Source: Candidatus Enterousia sp. (GTDB lineage: Bacteria > Pseudomonadota > Alphaproteobacteria > Rs-D84). From it: a DNA stretch of 64,000 nucleotides. The notes under the pieces were generated by a model. It was not told the DNA's origin. It was given only the letters and a program-made list of their open reading frames with translations, and made no database searches. Of the stretch, positions 1 to 8,970 are shown piece after piece (within the stretch, counting starts at the first letter, position 1; every line of letters starts with the position of its first letter). Both the position numbers and the translations under genes were made by a program. Where the stretch lies: the NCBI GenBank assembly GCA_045617905.1, contig JAZLJO010000014.1:516-64515 (forward strand), given 5' to 3'.

Positions 1-8
1 TACGTAAA

Positions 9-533
9 ATGTATCCAAACATAACCAGTAATACAGATACACGAAAAAAATTTTATAATCCGAATAAAACTGCATATCTATCAGATGCTGTATCCGCAGG
101 GATATGTCAATGTGCAGAAATTGCTATACTGACCCAGATATATTTACAACAACAAAATTTTGATACAAAATTTTTCAGCGGTGAAATCTTACAATCCGAT
201 GGTCAAGAATTTGGCGAACCACACAGCTTTATAATATTGAAACAAAATACGGAACAATACATATATGACCCGGCCAATCCACTGCGAACAAATCAAGAAA
301 TCTGCATTCCAAGAATTCAATTTATAAATGCAAACAACCTAAAACGTTTTTATGAAGTAATCAATAAACCGATTTCCAACAACAGTCGAAATTGCGCCTA
401 TGTAGAAACCGTTTGTCCTTTTAACAATCAAAAATTGTATTATGGTGTTGGTGATGGCATGAATGTCTTTGAAAAATTTATAATCAAATCCCAACAAGAA
501 TATATACAACAAAATTCTATGGGTCGGGAATAA
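9..533 (+). CDS. hypothetical protein with a transglutaminase-like / papain-like Cys-His-Asp signature
   Basis: 174-aa ORF. The ordered motifs GICQCAEIA (Cys), GEPHSFIIL (His) and YIYDPAN (Asp) have the spacing of transglutaminase-core cysteine peptidases. The frame is open to the window edge, so the N-terminus may be cut. Confidence 0.4.
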   Translation: MYPNITSNTDTRKKFYNPNKTAYLSDAVSAGICQCAEIAILTQIYLQQQNFDTKFFSGEILQSDGQEFGEPHSFIILKQNTEQYIYDPANPLRTNQEICIPRIQFINANNLKRFYEVINKPISNNSRNCAYVETVCPFNNQKLYYGVGDGMNVFEKFIIKSQQEYIQQNSMGRE

Positions 534-656
534 TCATCAAAAAAAGTCTGTCCAAAGTACAAAACAAATATATTACAGGTTGCTAATTGCTTATTTAATA
601 TAATATCCACCAAATAAAAATTGACACACGGTATTTTTGTGCTATAAAAACAACAA

Positions 657-1523
657 ATGATAACGAAAAATAAAACAGATTTTGGTGATATTGGACTTGC
701 TGCTTCATGCAGTCTTTTTAGTGAAGCGGGGTTAAAATACTATAAAGAAACATTGCCAAAGATAAATCCTGATATAATAGATTATATTAACGAACGGAAT
801 AAGTGTACTACCTATATTTTAAAATCCGAATATGGCAATAATATTGGTGCAACCGGTAAAAAAATATTAAACGGCATCGAAAAATATAAAAACTTCACAG
901 AAATGTGTGTCGGATACGCACCAGATGTCCATTCACAATCATTACTTTACGCATTACGCTTTATAATGTGTTACGATTTTTTATTGGATAAATATAACCA
1001 TTCACAAACTAATTTTTCTTTTGTTGATTTGGGCTGTGGTCTTTTCCCATTTGCTGCCATATTTCAAGATATATGTCATATTGATGATACGTATATAATA
1101 GATATAAACCCAAAAATAACCGATATTTATGTCCGGGTTTCGCAACAAATTAGTGGTACAATTCCAAAGGTTATATCGTGGCAAGAAGCCAAAGATATGG
1201 CACAAAATAAATCATTAAGTGCATTAACTTCTGTGGGATGTTTCCCATACATGGAAAAAGAAGAACAAATTAAACGAATAAAATTCATTCATAAGAATAT
1301 TCCATATTATTTAATCGAAATAAAATTTAACGTTGATAATTGCGGGGGACCTAATACATTTTCATTAGCAGATTTAATGAAAAATAAACTACAAATAGAA
1401 AACTCTCAAACAATGGAATATTTTCTAACAAAAAACTCAAAAAAATTCTTACGTTATTTTTTAAAAGCCAGCAATAATCGTGAATTTTTATTACACGATC
1501 GCAGTTTATTTCTAAGCCGATAA
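657..1523 (+). CDS. putative class I SAM-dependent methyltransferase-like protein
   Basis: 288-aa ORF with a motif I-like FVDLGCGLFPF followed by an acidic post-I strand (YIIDINP). There is no other recognisable domain. Confidence 0.4.
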   Translation: MITKNKTDFGDIGLAASCSLFSEAGLKYYKETLPKINPDIIDYINERNKCTTYILKSEYGNNIGATGKKILNGIEKYKNFTEMCVGYAPDVHSQSLLYALRFIMCYDFLLDKYNHSQTNFSFVDLGCGLFPFAAIFQDICHIDDTYIIDINPKITDIYVRVSQQISGTIPKVISWQEAKDMAQNKSLSALTSVGCFPYMEKEEQIKRIKFIHKNIPYYLIEIKFNVDNCGGPNTFSLADLMKNKLQIENSQTMEYFLTKNSKKFLRYFLKASNNREFLLHDRSLFLSR

Positions 1524-1567
1524 AAGTGCAACCAGGCCCCCAATAGAAAAAAAAGAACTGTTTTTAA

Positions 1568-3052
1568 TTAATTACCTGCACCCCCGCCACCATTTATATA
1601 CCCATAAATTACATTTAACAATTCAACCATCGCCATGGTATCCTGGCCACAGTATTCATGTAAATCTGTCATCATTTTTTGACTTTCACCAATCGATTGT
1701 TTACCTGTCATAAAATCCATAAATTGATTACTGGCCTGGGTTCCATTATGTATTCCTAAATCGTCATAAGACATATTTGGAACAAATGCAGGTAATGTTT
1801 TTTTGATTGATGCACTGCCACACTGACATGGTTTATACAACAAACGCGTGCGGAACGGTATTAACAAATCAACCATTCTGTCATTTATTGCATTTAATCC
1901 ATCGGCATATTCTGGAAAATCACGTGCCATTTCGGTATTTCGCCCGTATTCAAATGCCTGATTATAAACAATAACAGATCCCGTTGTTCCGCAACATTCA
2001 ATTAATTTTTGTATTAATCCAGGGCGTGGATCTGTTTCATTATCTGAATGCAAATATTCATAATGTTCAATCGGGGCATTTGGCGAACGCTGCACATGTA
2101 ATGAAAATTGAAAACATATTTGTTGATATGGACGACTGTTATCAAACATCGGAACCGCCGGCTGAATCGATTCATAGTCTAAGAAATATAATGGATATTG
2201 CAACCCATTTACAAATTCCCGCAAACCCAACTTATCAATATATTCTTGGTTATTCAAATACGCCTCTATATCACCTGGGTGCATTTGTCTTGTCATCGCA
2301 TCTGGGGGCAATAATTTTAAATCAGCCCCATATTTTGAATACAATTCGTCTGCCAAATCACCACGAAACGCATCAAAAACAGAATATTTCGGCACATTTT
2401 CCCAACAATATTTTTTATAACCACATTCATAAAACTTACCACATTTACATTTTGATATAAAAACATCTGAAACCGGTACTTCTAAAAATGCCCGCAACCG
2501 TTTTATTTCCCCTTCAACCGTTTCAATCGATTGTAATTCGTCATCGGCCGGATTCAATTTAAACAAATTATTCAAATTTAAATCACCACACCGCACATAA
2601 TCAGGATTAAATGTTAAAATATAACAATTTTTTACAGACATCCCACATTTATTTAAAACATAACGTTGGAAAGACGTATCTATAAAATGGTAATCATGTG
2701 GATGATTAGTCGATTTAACCTCTATGATATTCCACGTGCCATCATAATTATTTTGCAAAATATCAATCGCACAATATTCACCGTTTACCGTTACAAATGT
2801 GGCCTCGTAAATAAACGGAACATTTACATCAATTGCGTTTTGTGTTTGAACAATTGCATCATATTCCCATGGTTTCGCCGTTATATTCACACCACCGGGG
2901 AAACGACCACACGCCAATTCACCAACACGTGTTCCACGTTCCAAAACTGTCATATCCATTTCGGGGATTAAATCCCTGCGATGTTTTTTAAACCACAATG
3001 CATTTGGACATTTTAAGCCCAAGACATAATCTGATTTTGATATTTTTAACAT
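1568..3052 (-). CDS. DUF2779-like protein with an N-terminal PD-(D/E)XK-type nuclease motif
   Basis: 494-aa ORF. The N-terminus ISKSDYVLGLKCPNALWF, then AIDIL...IIEVKST (D...E-x-K), and the C-terminal YFLDYES segment match my recollection of the DUF2779 family. Confidence 0.55.
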   Translation of the reverse strand: MLKISKSDYVLGLKCPNALWFKKHRRDLIPEMDMTVLERGTRVGELACGRFPGGVNITAKPWEYDAIVQTQNAIDVNVPFIYEATFVTVNGEYCAIDILQNNYDGTWNIIEVKSTNHPHDYHFIDTSFQRYVLNKCGMSVKNCYILTFNPDYVRCGDLNLNNLFKLNPADDELQSIETVEGEIKRLRAFLEVPVSDVFISKCKCGKFYECGYKKYCWENVPKYSVFDAFRGDLADELYSKYGADLKLLPPDAMTRQMHPGDIEAYLNNQEYIDKLGLREFVNGLQYPLYFLDYESIQPAVPMFDNSRPYQQICFQFSLHVQRSPNAPIEHYEYLHSDNETDPRPGLIQKLIECCGTTGSVIVYNQAFEYGRNTEMARDFPEYADGLNAINDRMVDLLIPFRTRLLYKPCQCGSASIKKTLPAFVPNMSYDDLGIHNGTQASNQFMDFMTGKQSIGESQKMMTDLHEYCGQDTMAMVELLNVIYGYINGGGGAGN

Positions 3053-3253
3053 TTAATTTTATCCTTACAATTAGACCTTCATTTAAACATATATTTTATC
3101 ATAAATTCATAAAAAATCAGTTATTGTGACACTAATAACGTATATTTTATACATTCAACAAAGCTATCTTTCTTGTATCAGTATTGGGGCCAGATACTTA
3201 CATTATATCATCACGAACAAAGACCATTATTTTTAAATCTATTGCTATTGTTT

Positions 3254-3397
3254 TTATAACCTGAGACATTGCATCAAAACATATGGTCTGTTTTGAGACA
3301 AAAAATACGTAGTTTCCAAAGGTCCTGTTTTTACATCTTTCATTGTCCCATATGTTCCATTCTTGACAAAATTACCGATTATTTCTGTTTGATTCAT
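3254..3397 (-). CDS. small hypothetical ORF (47 aa)
   Basis: An ATG is preceded by AGGAATGATAT (SD about 7 nt upstream). It is not in the supplied track because it is under 60 aa. No homology was recognised. Confidence 0.2.
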   Translation of the reverse strand: MNQTEIIGNFVKNGTYGTMKDVKTGPLETTYFLSQNRPYVLMQCLRL

Positions 3398-3525
3398 ATA
3401 TCATTCCTATGATTTAATATTGAAATAATAAAACACAACTACGACATTTTTGGTCGTGTTTTTACAATTTTTTTCATGGTCATCTAAAATCATATCAACA
3501 ATAAAAATTTTTTATTGAGATAACG

Positions 3526-3553
3526 TTGACTTAGACAATTTTTCATACATAAT
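3526..3553 (+). promoter_or_regulatory. candidate sigma70 promoter of dnaB
   Basis: TTGACT (3526-3531), a 16-nt spacer and CATAAT (3548-3553), about 20 nt upstream of the AAGGAG SD of dnaB. Confidence 0.4.
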
Positions 3554-3575
3554 TCAATCAACAAGGAGAAATTGT

Positions 3576-5141
3576 ATGAGCATGGATTTTACACCGAAAA
3601 ATTTACCAACAAATTTGGAAGCGGAACAAGCCGTATTGGCGGCGATCTTAATGAACAATCGCGCATTAGAACACATTTCGGAATTTTTACGTGCCGAACA
3701 TTTTTCCCACCCTGCACATCAGGCTATATATAAACTGGCCATGCGACAATTTGCATCGGGCATCCCATTTGATATAATTACCGCAAAAAATTATCTGGAA
3801 CAACAGGGGGAATTAGAAACCGTCGGTGGTGTTGATTATCTAAGTCAATTGGCCGGTGCCGGTGCAACTGTTGTTAATGTTGAACAATATGGACACATTG
3901 TATATGAAAATGCAATGCGCCGTGAATTGATTGATTTGGGACATTCTATAACAGATCATGCGTATATCGAAGATATTGATAATCCCGTATCCACACAAAT
4001 CGAAGTTGCGGAACAAAAATTATTCGAAATGGCAGCAACAGGAACAACGGGACGCGACGTAACACCAATCGCATCCGCATTACAAGAGGCCTTAAAAGAA
4101 GCCGAAATCGCATACAAGGCCGACGGTAAATTATCTGGTTTAACCACAGGATTAACCGCATTAGATCAATCAATCAGTGGCTTACATCACAGTGATTTAA
4201 TTATTATCGCTGGCCGTCCTGCCATGGGAAAAACAACATTGGCAATGAATATCGCATTTAATGCAGCAAATGCTATTTTATATGGTCGTGCAAATGAAAA
4301 ATACAAAGGTGCCGTCGCATTTTTCAGTTTAGAAATGTCATCATCACAATTGGCCGCACGTGTTTTATCATCACAATCAAAGGTTCCCGCATCCGCTATG
4401 CGCGAAGGTAATTTAAGTGATGAAGATTTTTTAAAAATGTCACAATATTCCGATGCCATCAGTCGTGTTCCATTATATATTGATGACACACCCGGTATGT
4501 CTGTCCCAATGTTGCGCACACGTGCCCGCAGATTGGCCCGCAAAAGCGGTGGATTAGCATTGATTGTTATTGACTATTTACAGTTAATGACGTCACCTGG
4601 TGGTAAACGCAGTGATAACCGTGTTCAAGAAATTTCTGAAATAACCCGAGGATTAAAAATGTTGGCCAAAGAATTAGATGTCCCGGTTATCGCCCTGTCC
4701 CAATTATCGCGTAGTGTTGAACAACGTGATGATAAACGTCCACAATTGGCGGACTTGCGTGAATCTGGATCTATCGAACAAGACGCGGATATTGTAATGT
4801 TCACATATCGTGAAGAATATTATTTGGAAAATCGTGATCCTTCACAACGAATTTCAGGCAATACCAACGATAAAATCCAAGATTCATGGCAAAAACGTAT
4901 GGAACGTGCCCGTGGCAAAGCCGATATTATAATCGGCAAAAACCGTCATGGTCGTCCAGAAACTGTTCGCACTGCATTTTTTGGAGATTACAGTTTATTC
5001 GATAATTTGGATGAAATCGAGGCCCGCGGTGACAATGATTATTCATTCGACGGTCCAAACCAACAACAAACACCACAAATGACAGACGGTGGATATGGTC
5101 CTGAAATACTAAATGATGCAGATATCCCAGATGACATGTAA
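3576..5141 (+). CDS. dnaB: replicative DNA helicase DnaB
   Basis: N-terminal LPxNxEAEQAVLAAIL, Walker A GRPAMGKT, Walker B LIVIDYLQLM and the RecA-like motifs SQLSR and RESGSIEQDAD. It has an acidic C-terminal tail. Confidence 0.95.
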   Translation: MSMDFTPKNLPTNLEAEQAVLAAILMNNRALEHISEFLRAEHFSHPAHQAIYKLAMRQFASGIPFDIITAKNYLEQQGELETVGGVDYLSQLAGAGATVVNVEQYGHIVYENAMRRELIDLGHSITDHAYIEDIDNPVSTQIEVAEQKLFEMAATGTTGRDVTPIASALQEALKEAEIAYKADGKLSGLTTGLTALDQSISGLHHSDLIIIAGRPAMGKTTLAMNIAFNAANAILYGRANEKYKGAVAFFSLEMSSSQLAARVLSSQSKVPASAMREGNLSDEDFLKMSQYSDAISRVPLYIDDTPGMSVPMLRTRARRLARKSGGLALIVIDYLQLMTSPGGKRSDNRVQEISEITRGLKMLAKELDVPVIALSQLSRSVEQRDDKRPQLADLRESGSIEQDADIVMFTYREEYYLENRDPSQRISGNTNDKIQDSWQKRMERARGKADIIIGKNRHGRPETVRTAFFGDYSLFDNLDEIEARGDNDYSFDGPNQQQTPQMTDGGYGPEILNDADIPDDM

Positions 5142-5144
5142 AAA

Positions 5145-5167
5145 TTCCCCGGCACCAAACCGGGGAA
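5145..5167 (+). terminator. hairpin after dnaB (weak terminator)
   Basis: TTCCCCGG-caccaaa-CCGGGGAA forms an 8-bp stem, but no clean U-run follows it. Confidence 0.4.
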
Positions 5168-5267
5168 TCATCCTATTTGGTATAAACAAATTATTTTTCC
5201 TTGCCAAATCAAAAAAAATTGACTAGTATTTTGTCAAGATTAAAACATTCGCAAGAGGGACTTTATA

Positions 5268-6275
5268 ATGGCACAAGAAGAAATCATTTTTCCAAATAAT
5301 ATACGCAACATACGTTTGGCAGCTGGGATGAAAATGACAGAATTGGCCCGACGCACAGGTTTATCGTTATCTGCGGTTTCAAAAATCGAAAAGGGTGTGC
5401 GACGTCTGAATCAAAAACAGATTTTAAGCATTTGCAATATACTTGGGTGCAAATTATCTGATATATTTATCAAGGATACAGATGATGTTGCCGATCAATG
5501 GCAAAGTGAAATTAAACGCCGTTTAACCGACAATGAAGACAGTGGTTTAAAAATATTCGGCAGTGGTCTGCGTAAAATTCGCCAGTTATCCGGAAAAACA
5601 ATTGCCCGTGCTGCCAAAGATTCAGGGATGACATTATCCGTTTATCATAAAATAGAAGTTGGACAACGCGAAATATATCAAAATGAAATTGAACCGTTGG
5701 CCCAATCATTTGCAATGAGTGTTGAAACCATGTTTGATAAAATTGCAACACTGTATAAATCTGGCGAATTAAACAAACAAATAAACAAAGTCAAAGAACG
5801 CGTTAAATCTGTTTTAGAACCCGGCAATCCGGTTGCTGGCATTGACATGAAGGGCAACCTGTACGGTGCGAAATTGTATGACAGTGCACGTCGTAAATTA
5901 GTCCCCGTATTTGGCACCCCAGATGGACGTGCAATATCATTTAAAAAAACAGACAAAACAATGATTGCTGCCCCCATGACACTAGAGGGACGTCAAGGCA
6001 TATATGCCGTTGTTCCAAATTCAAAACGTTTGGGTGGTTTTATACCTGCAAAATCATACGTTTTTGTTGATGCATTAACCGAACCCGCGATTGGTGATTT
6101 GGCGGTATGCATTGATACAGATTTCTCAAAAATGGGTATTGACGATACCGCTACCGCCCAGATTGTCAGTGTTCGCCAAGATTCCAAGGGTAAAATATAT
6201 GGACAAATATCTTCACCCGAAGAAAAATTAATCGGCAAAACAATGCATAAAGTTATTATGATTGTTACCGAATAA
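5268..6275 (+). CDS. transcriptional regulator with two tandem XRE-type HTH domains and a C-terminal beta-rich domain (possibly S24/LexA-like)
   Basis: Two Cro/C1-type HTH segments (IRNIRLAAGMKMTELARRTGLSLSAVSKIEKG and LRKIRQLSGKTIARAAKDSGMTLSVYHKIEVG). The C-terminal part has a GDLAVCI strand reminiscent of LexA-type domains. Confidence 0.65.
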   Translation: MAQEEIIFPNNIRNIRLAAGMKMTELARRTGLSLSAVSKIEKGVRRLNQKQILSICNILGCKLSDIFIKDTDDVADQWQSEIKRRLTDNEDSGLKIFGSGLRKIRQLSGKTIARAAKDSGMTLSVYHKIEVGQREIYQNEIEPLAQSFAMSVETMFDKIATLYKSGELNKQINKVKERVKSVLEPGNPVAGIDMKGNLYGAKLYDSARRKLVPVFGTPDGRAISFKKTDKTMIAAPMTLEGRQGIYAVVPNSKRLGGFIPAKSYVFVDALTEPAIGDLAVCIDTDFSKMGIDDTATAQIVSVRQDSKGKIYGQISSPEEKLIGKTMHKVIMIVTE

Positions 6276-6303
6276 CAACATCAACAAACGGGGGGATTTT
6301 TAT

Positions 6304-6948
6304 ATGCAAGCCAAGGCCAGTGTTGTTGCACAAAAATTGATAAATTTATATCGCCAAGAACACGTTATCACGGGTGGTTGGTCTGCAGTTAATCAGGTAT
6401 TTATTGCCGAAGCAACCCCCGATGTGATCAAAGAATTACAAACCTTACCAACCGGTAATATATTAATCCGTCACATTGAAAATTTACGCAGTGGCAAAAC
6501 ACCAATGAATGGGATTGAACGTGAATTATTACCATACGGTGGCATGATGATGGAAAACACGACAACGTCATCATTAACAGCAACAGAAATTGACGAATTG
6601 ACAAATACCATTAATTCATTTACCCCAGATCAGTCTGGTTTAGATTCAATATTACAATTAAATTCGGTAAAAAAATTTGGTACAAAATGGTCCACAGCAA
6701 TTCGGGCCGCTTTATCAGAACATCCTGATTTAGTTCAAAAATGGGCAATTATTACACAAACATATCGTGCATACAGTTTGTGGGCCAATGCCACCACTAT
6801 GCTGAATCAACCATTGTCCGAAAGAATCAGGGCAGAAATTCAGGCTGATATGCCCGAATTCGAAACATATTTACCAATGTTTGGCATCCAAGGGACCGAA
6901 TTGTTGGAAAAATTACGTAATTACATCAGAACACGTGATCAAATTTAG
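6304..6948 (+). CDS. hypothetical protein
   Basis: The ORF restarts at ATG 6304, which is preceded by the GGGGGAT SD. The track start at 6262 overlaps the upstream stop. No motif was recognised. Confidence 0.5.
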   Translation: MQAKASVVAQKLINLYRQEHVITGGWSAVNQVFIAEATPDVIKELQTLPTGNILIRHIENLRSGKTPMNGIERELLPYGGMMMENTTTSSLTATEIDELTNTINSFTPDQSGLDSILQLNSVKKFGTKWSTAIRAALSEHPDLVQKWAIITQTYRAYSLWANATTMLNQPLSERIRAEIQADMPEFETYLPMFGIQGTELLEKLRNYIRTRDQI

Positions 6949-6986
6949 TTTTTTATTCGAAGCAATAACAGATATTAATAACAAAC

Positions 6987-7012
6987 AAAGGCGTTCATTT
7001 AAGAACGCCTTT
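6987..7012. terminator. bidirectional hairpin between convergent genes
   Basis: AAAGGCGTTC-atttaa-GAACGCCTTT forms a 10-bp stem flanked by A/T runs. Confidence 0.6.
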
Positions 7013-7038
7013 GCTTAACGTAAAAAACACATACGCAA

Positions 7039-7365
7039 TTATTTCTTTTTAACAACTTTCTTTGTAACTGGTTTTGCAGCAACTTTCTTTGCAGCTGGTT
7101 TCACAGCGGCTTTCTTTGCAACTGGTTTTGCAGCAACTTTCTTTGCAGCTGGTTTCACAGCGACTTTCTTTGCAGCTGGTTTTACAGCGGCTTTCTTTGC
7201 AACTGGTTTTTCTGCAACTTTCTTTGCAGCTGGTTTTACAGCGGCTTTCTTTGCAACTGGTTTTGCAGCGGCTTTCTTTGCAGCTGGTTTTTCTGCAACT
7301 TTCTTTGCGGCTGGTTTTTCTGCAACAGTTTTCTTAGATGCAGATCTTAAGAATGAAAAAGCCAT
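7039..7365 (-). CDS. Lys/Ala-rich histone H1-like basic protein (AKKPAAKK repeats)
   Basis: The 108-aa product is almost entirely A-K-K-(V/A)-A-x-K-P-(V/A) repeats. A strong SD (AAAGGAGAG) precedes the ATG. The composition resembles bacterial H1-like nucleoid proteins (AlgP/BpH1/Hc-type). Confidence 0.8.
   Translation of the reverse strand: MAFSFLRSASKKTVAEKPAAKKVAEKPAAKKAAAKPVAKKAAVKPAAKKVAEKPVAKKAAVKPAAKKVAVKPAAKKVAAKPVAKKAAVKPAAKKVAAKPVTKKVVKKK
7050..7330. repeat. imperfect tandem DNA repeats (24/48-bp periodicity) inside the H1-like gene
   Basis: The units ctttctttgcagctggttt(t/c)acagcg / ctttctttgcaactggttttgcagc recur head to tail. Confidence 0.8.
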
Positions 7366-7868
7366 TCTTTCTCTCCTTTCATATTTTGTTTTGCTTAGAA
7401 CAAAACTATTTTGTTCTTAATTTTCATTTTATATGAAATGACATTTTTAGTAAAGCATAAAGTGAATTTTTAGGCACATAAAAATTTTTTTTACAACTTT
7501 TGTTTTTCATAAAATTTTATTTTTAATGTTAAATCAATTTTTTCAAAATATATTTTTACATAAATTTAATAAATTTTTTTCATTCACAACCACTTACAAA
7601 GTGCAGATTTCTGCAATATTATAAACATAATACAACAACACAATATATCCATTTACAAACAAAACGAATAAACAAAATCCGCAAAATATTTTCCGTTTTT
7701 TATTTATACAATTATATATTTTTCAAAAATTTTTTTTATGATCTGCATATAAAACATATAAAAATATTCAACTGTATATTTTTTATTAAAATTTTTTCAG
7801 AAAACCCACATATAAATTTTAACAATCCGTACATTAAATATTAAATTTTCCGATTCGGATAAACATAA

Positions 7869-7958
7869 AAATTTGCGCAAACGCATTGTCTGCATTGCGG
7901 TAGGCACCGTTATTCAACCGGATGACGGTGCAAGAGTTTTTTGCCCCCCACGATTGTA
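7869..7958. repeat. conserved noncoding element, copy 1 (paired with 34708-34809)
   Basis: It shares the ordered blocks aaatttg.gc, attgtctgc, taggc, ccgttattcaac, tgacgg, aagag and ccca.gatt with copy 2. No conserved ORF is present in any frame. Confidence 0.6.
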
Positions 7959-8073
7959 AAGTTAGGTGCGTTTATGCAGTTATAAAATTGTATTTTATTT
8001 CACAATATTCACATTTGGATGGTACATTTTCCCCATTCACCACCACGTTAATCATCCACCCGTTTGTGTTTTA

Positions 8074-8514
8074 TCATTCACCAACCGACCCGAACAAAGA
8101 ATCACGAAATGCGGTTATAAGCAAAGCTCTATTTTGACAGAGCTTAGGACAAGTGCTAGTGTTATCTGCTGCAATTTGACGTAAAATATTCACCCAGCCT
8201 GACTCCATTGGGTGCGTCATCTTGCACCAACAGCGCCGACCTGTTGTTTCGCCTCCAACCGCATCTAAGTCTTTTCTCACCGTATAATTATCTCCACTAC
8301 CTGATATCGCTAAATCTGCTGCTACCCCCGACACAGCACCATAACTAAATTCTACATTCCATGTTCCGTTTTCATCACTATATGAACCCGATTTCCCGTT
8401 TTGACTGGGGTCCAATGCGATTACTATCACATCTTCTTTGGCGCATAACGATGTTGCATTTGCACCAAACACACCAAAAAACGACAAAAACATACATATC
8501 ATCAACTTTTTCAT
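8074..8514 (-). CDS. small secreted Cys-containing protein, paralog 1
   Basis: Start reassigned to MKKLMICMFLSFFGVFGANA (a signal peptide) after the AAAGGGGAAAAA SD. It shares LC.K, C(W/F)CKM and NTS.C..C blocks with the next gene. Confidence 0.6.
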   Translation of the reverse strand: MKKLMICMFLSFFGVFGANATSLCAKEDVIVIALDPSQNGKSGSYSDENGTWNVEFSYGAVSGVAADLAISGSGDNYTVRKDLDAVGGETTGRRCWCKMTHPMESGWVNILRQIAADNTSTCPKLCQNRALLITAFRDSLFGSVGE

Positions 8515-8530
8515 TTTTTCCCCTTTATTA

Positions 8531-8956
8531 TTACCATATCGATTCATATATCGCACTTCTGTATACTGATTTTTCGGCAATTTCAATGGCACAATCTTTT
8601 GCACAATTATTTGCACACGACGTATTATCATTATACGTTTTTATAAACACAAAATACGATGCCGCAGGTAACTTCATTTTGCAAAAACAGTTCGAACCTT
8701 CATCTTCGGTATCCGCAACCCCCGTATTTACAATACCATATCCGGCCCCAGGCATGTTCGTACATAACCCTTTGCCCTTTACATTTGTTCCATCGGACAT
8801 TTTTATTTCCCAATAATTACCTGTTACCGACTTAACTTCACCACCAACGCTTTTTCTTAAAATAGCAACCGCTGTATTCGTTTTTTTACACAGCGTTACC
8901 CCATAAACATGCGTATTCATAAATATCAGTAAATATATGCATATTATTTTTTTCAT
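8531..8956 (-). CDS. small secreted Cys-containing protein, paralog 2
   Basis: Start reassigned to MKKIICIYLLIFMNTHVYG after the AAAGGGGGAAAA SD. It is a paralog of 8074-8514. Confidence 0.6.
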   Translation of the reverse strand: MKKIICIYLLIFMNTHVYGVTLCKKTNTAVAILRKSVGGEVKSVTGNYWEIKMSDGTNVKGKGLCTNMPGAGYGIVNTGVADTEDEGSNCFCKMKLPAASYFVFIKTYNDNTSCANNCAKDCAIEIAEKSVYRSAIYESIW

Positions 8957-8970
8957 TTTTCCCCCTTTGA

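Noticed and set aside
1984-2971. Several 60-160 aa ORFs antisense to long genes (for example 1984-2460, 2666-2971, 41715-42155, 47035-47397).
   Set aside because: They are embedded in and antisense to well-supported genes, lack SD sequences, and have low-complexity or atypical composition. They were treated as shadow ORFs.
7074-7337. An 87-aa plus-strand ORF with QLSLQLV repeats.
   Set aside because: It is the antisense shadow of the repeat-built H1-like gene. It has no SD, and its repetitiveness simply mirrors the AKKPAAKK repeats.
7366-8073. The chromosomal origin of replication in the 700-bp AT-rich intergenic region.
   Set aside because: There is no cluster of DnaA boxes (only isolated partial TTATCC matches) and no dnaA/hemE-type neighbourhood. 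AT-richness alone is insufficient.
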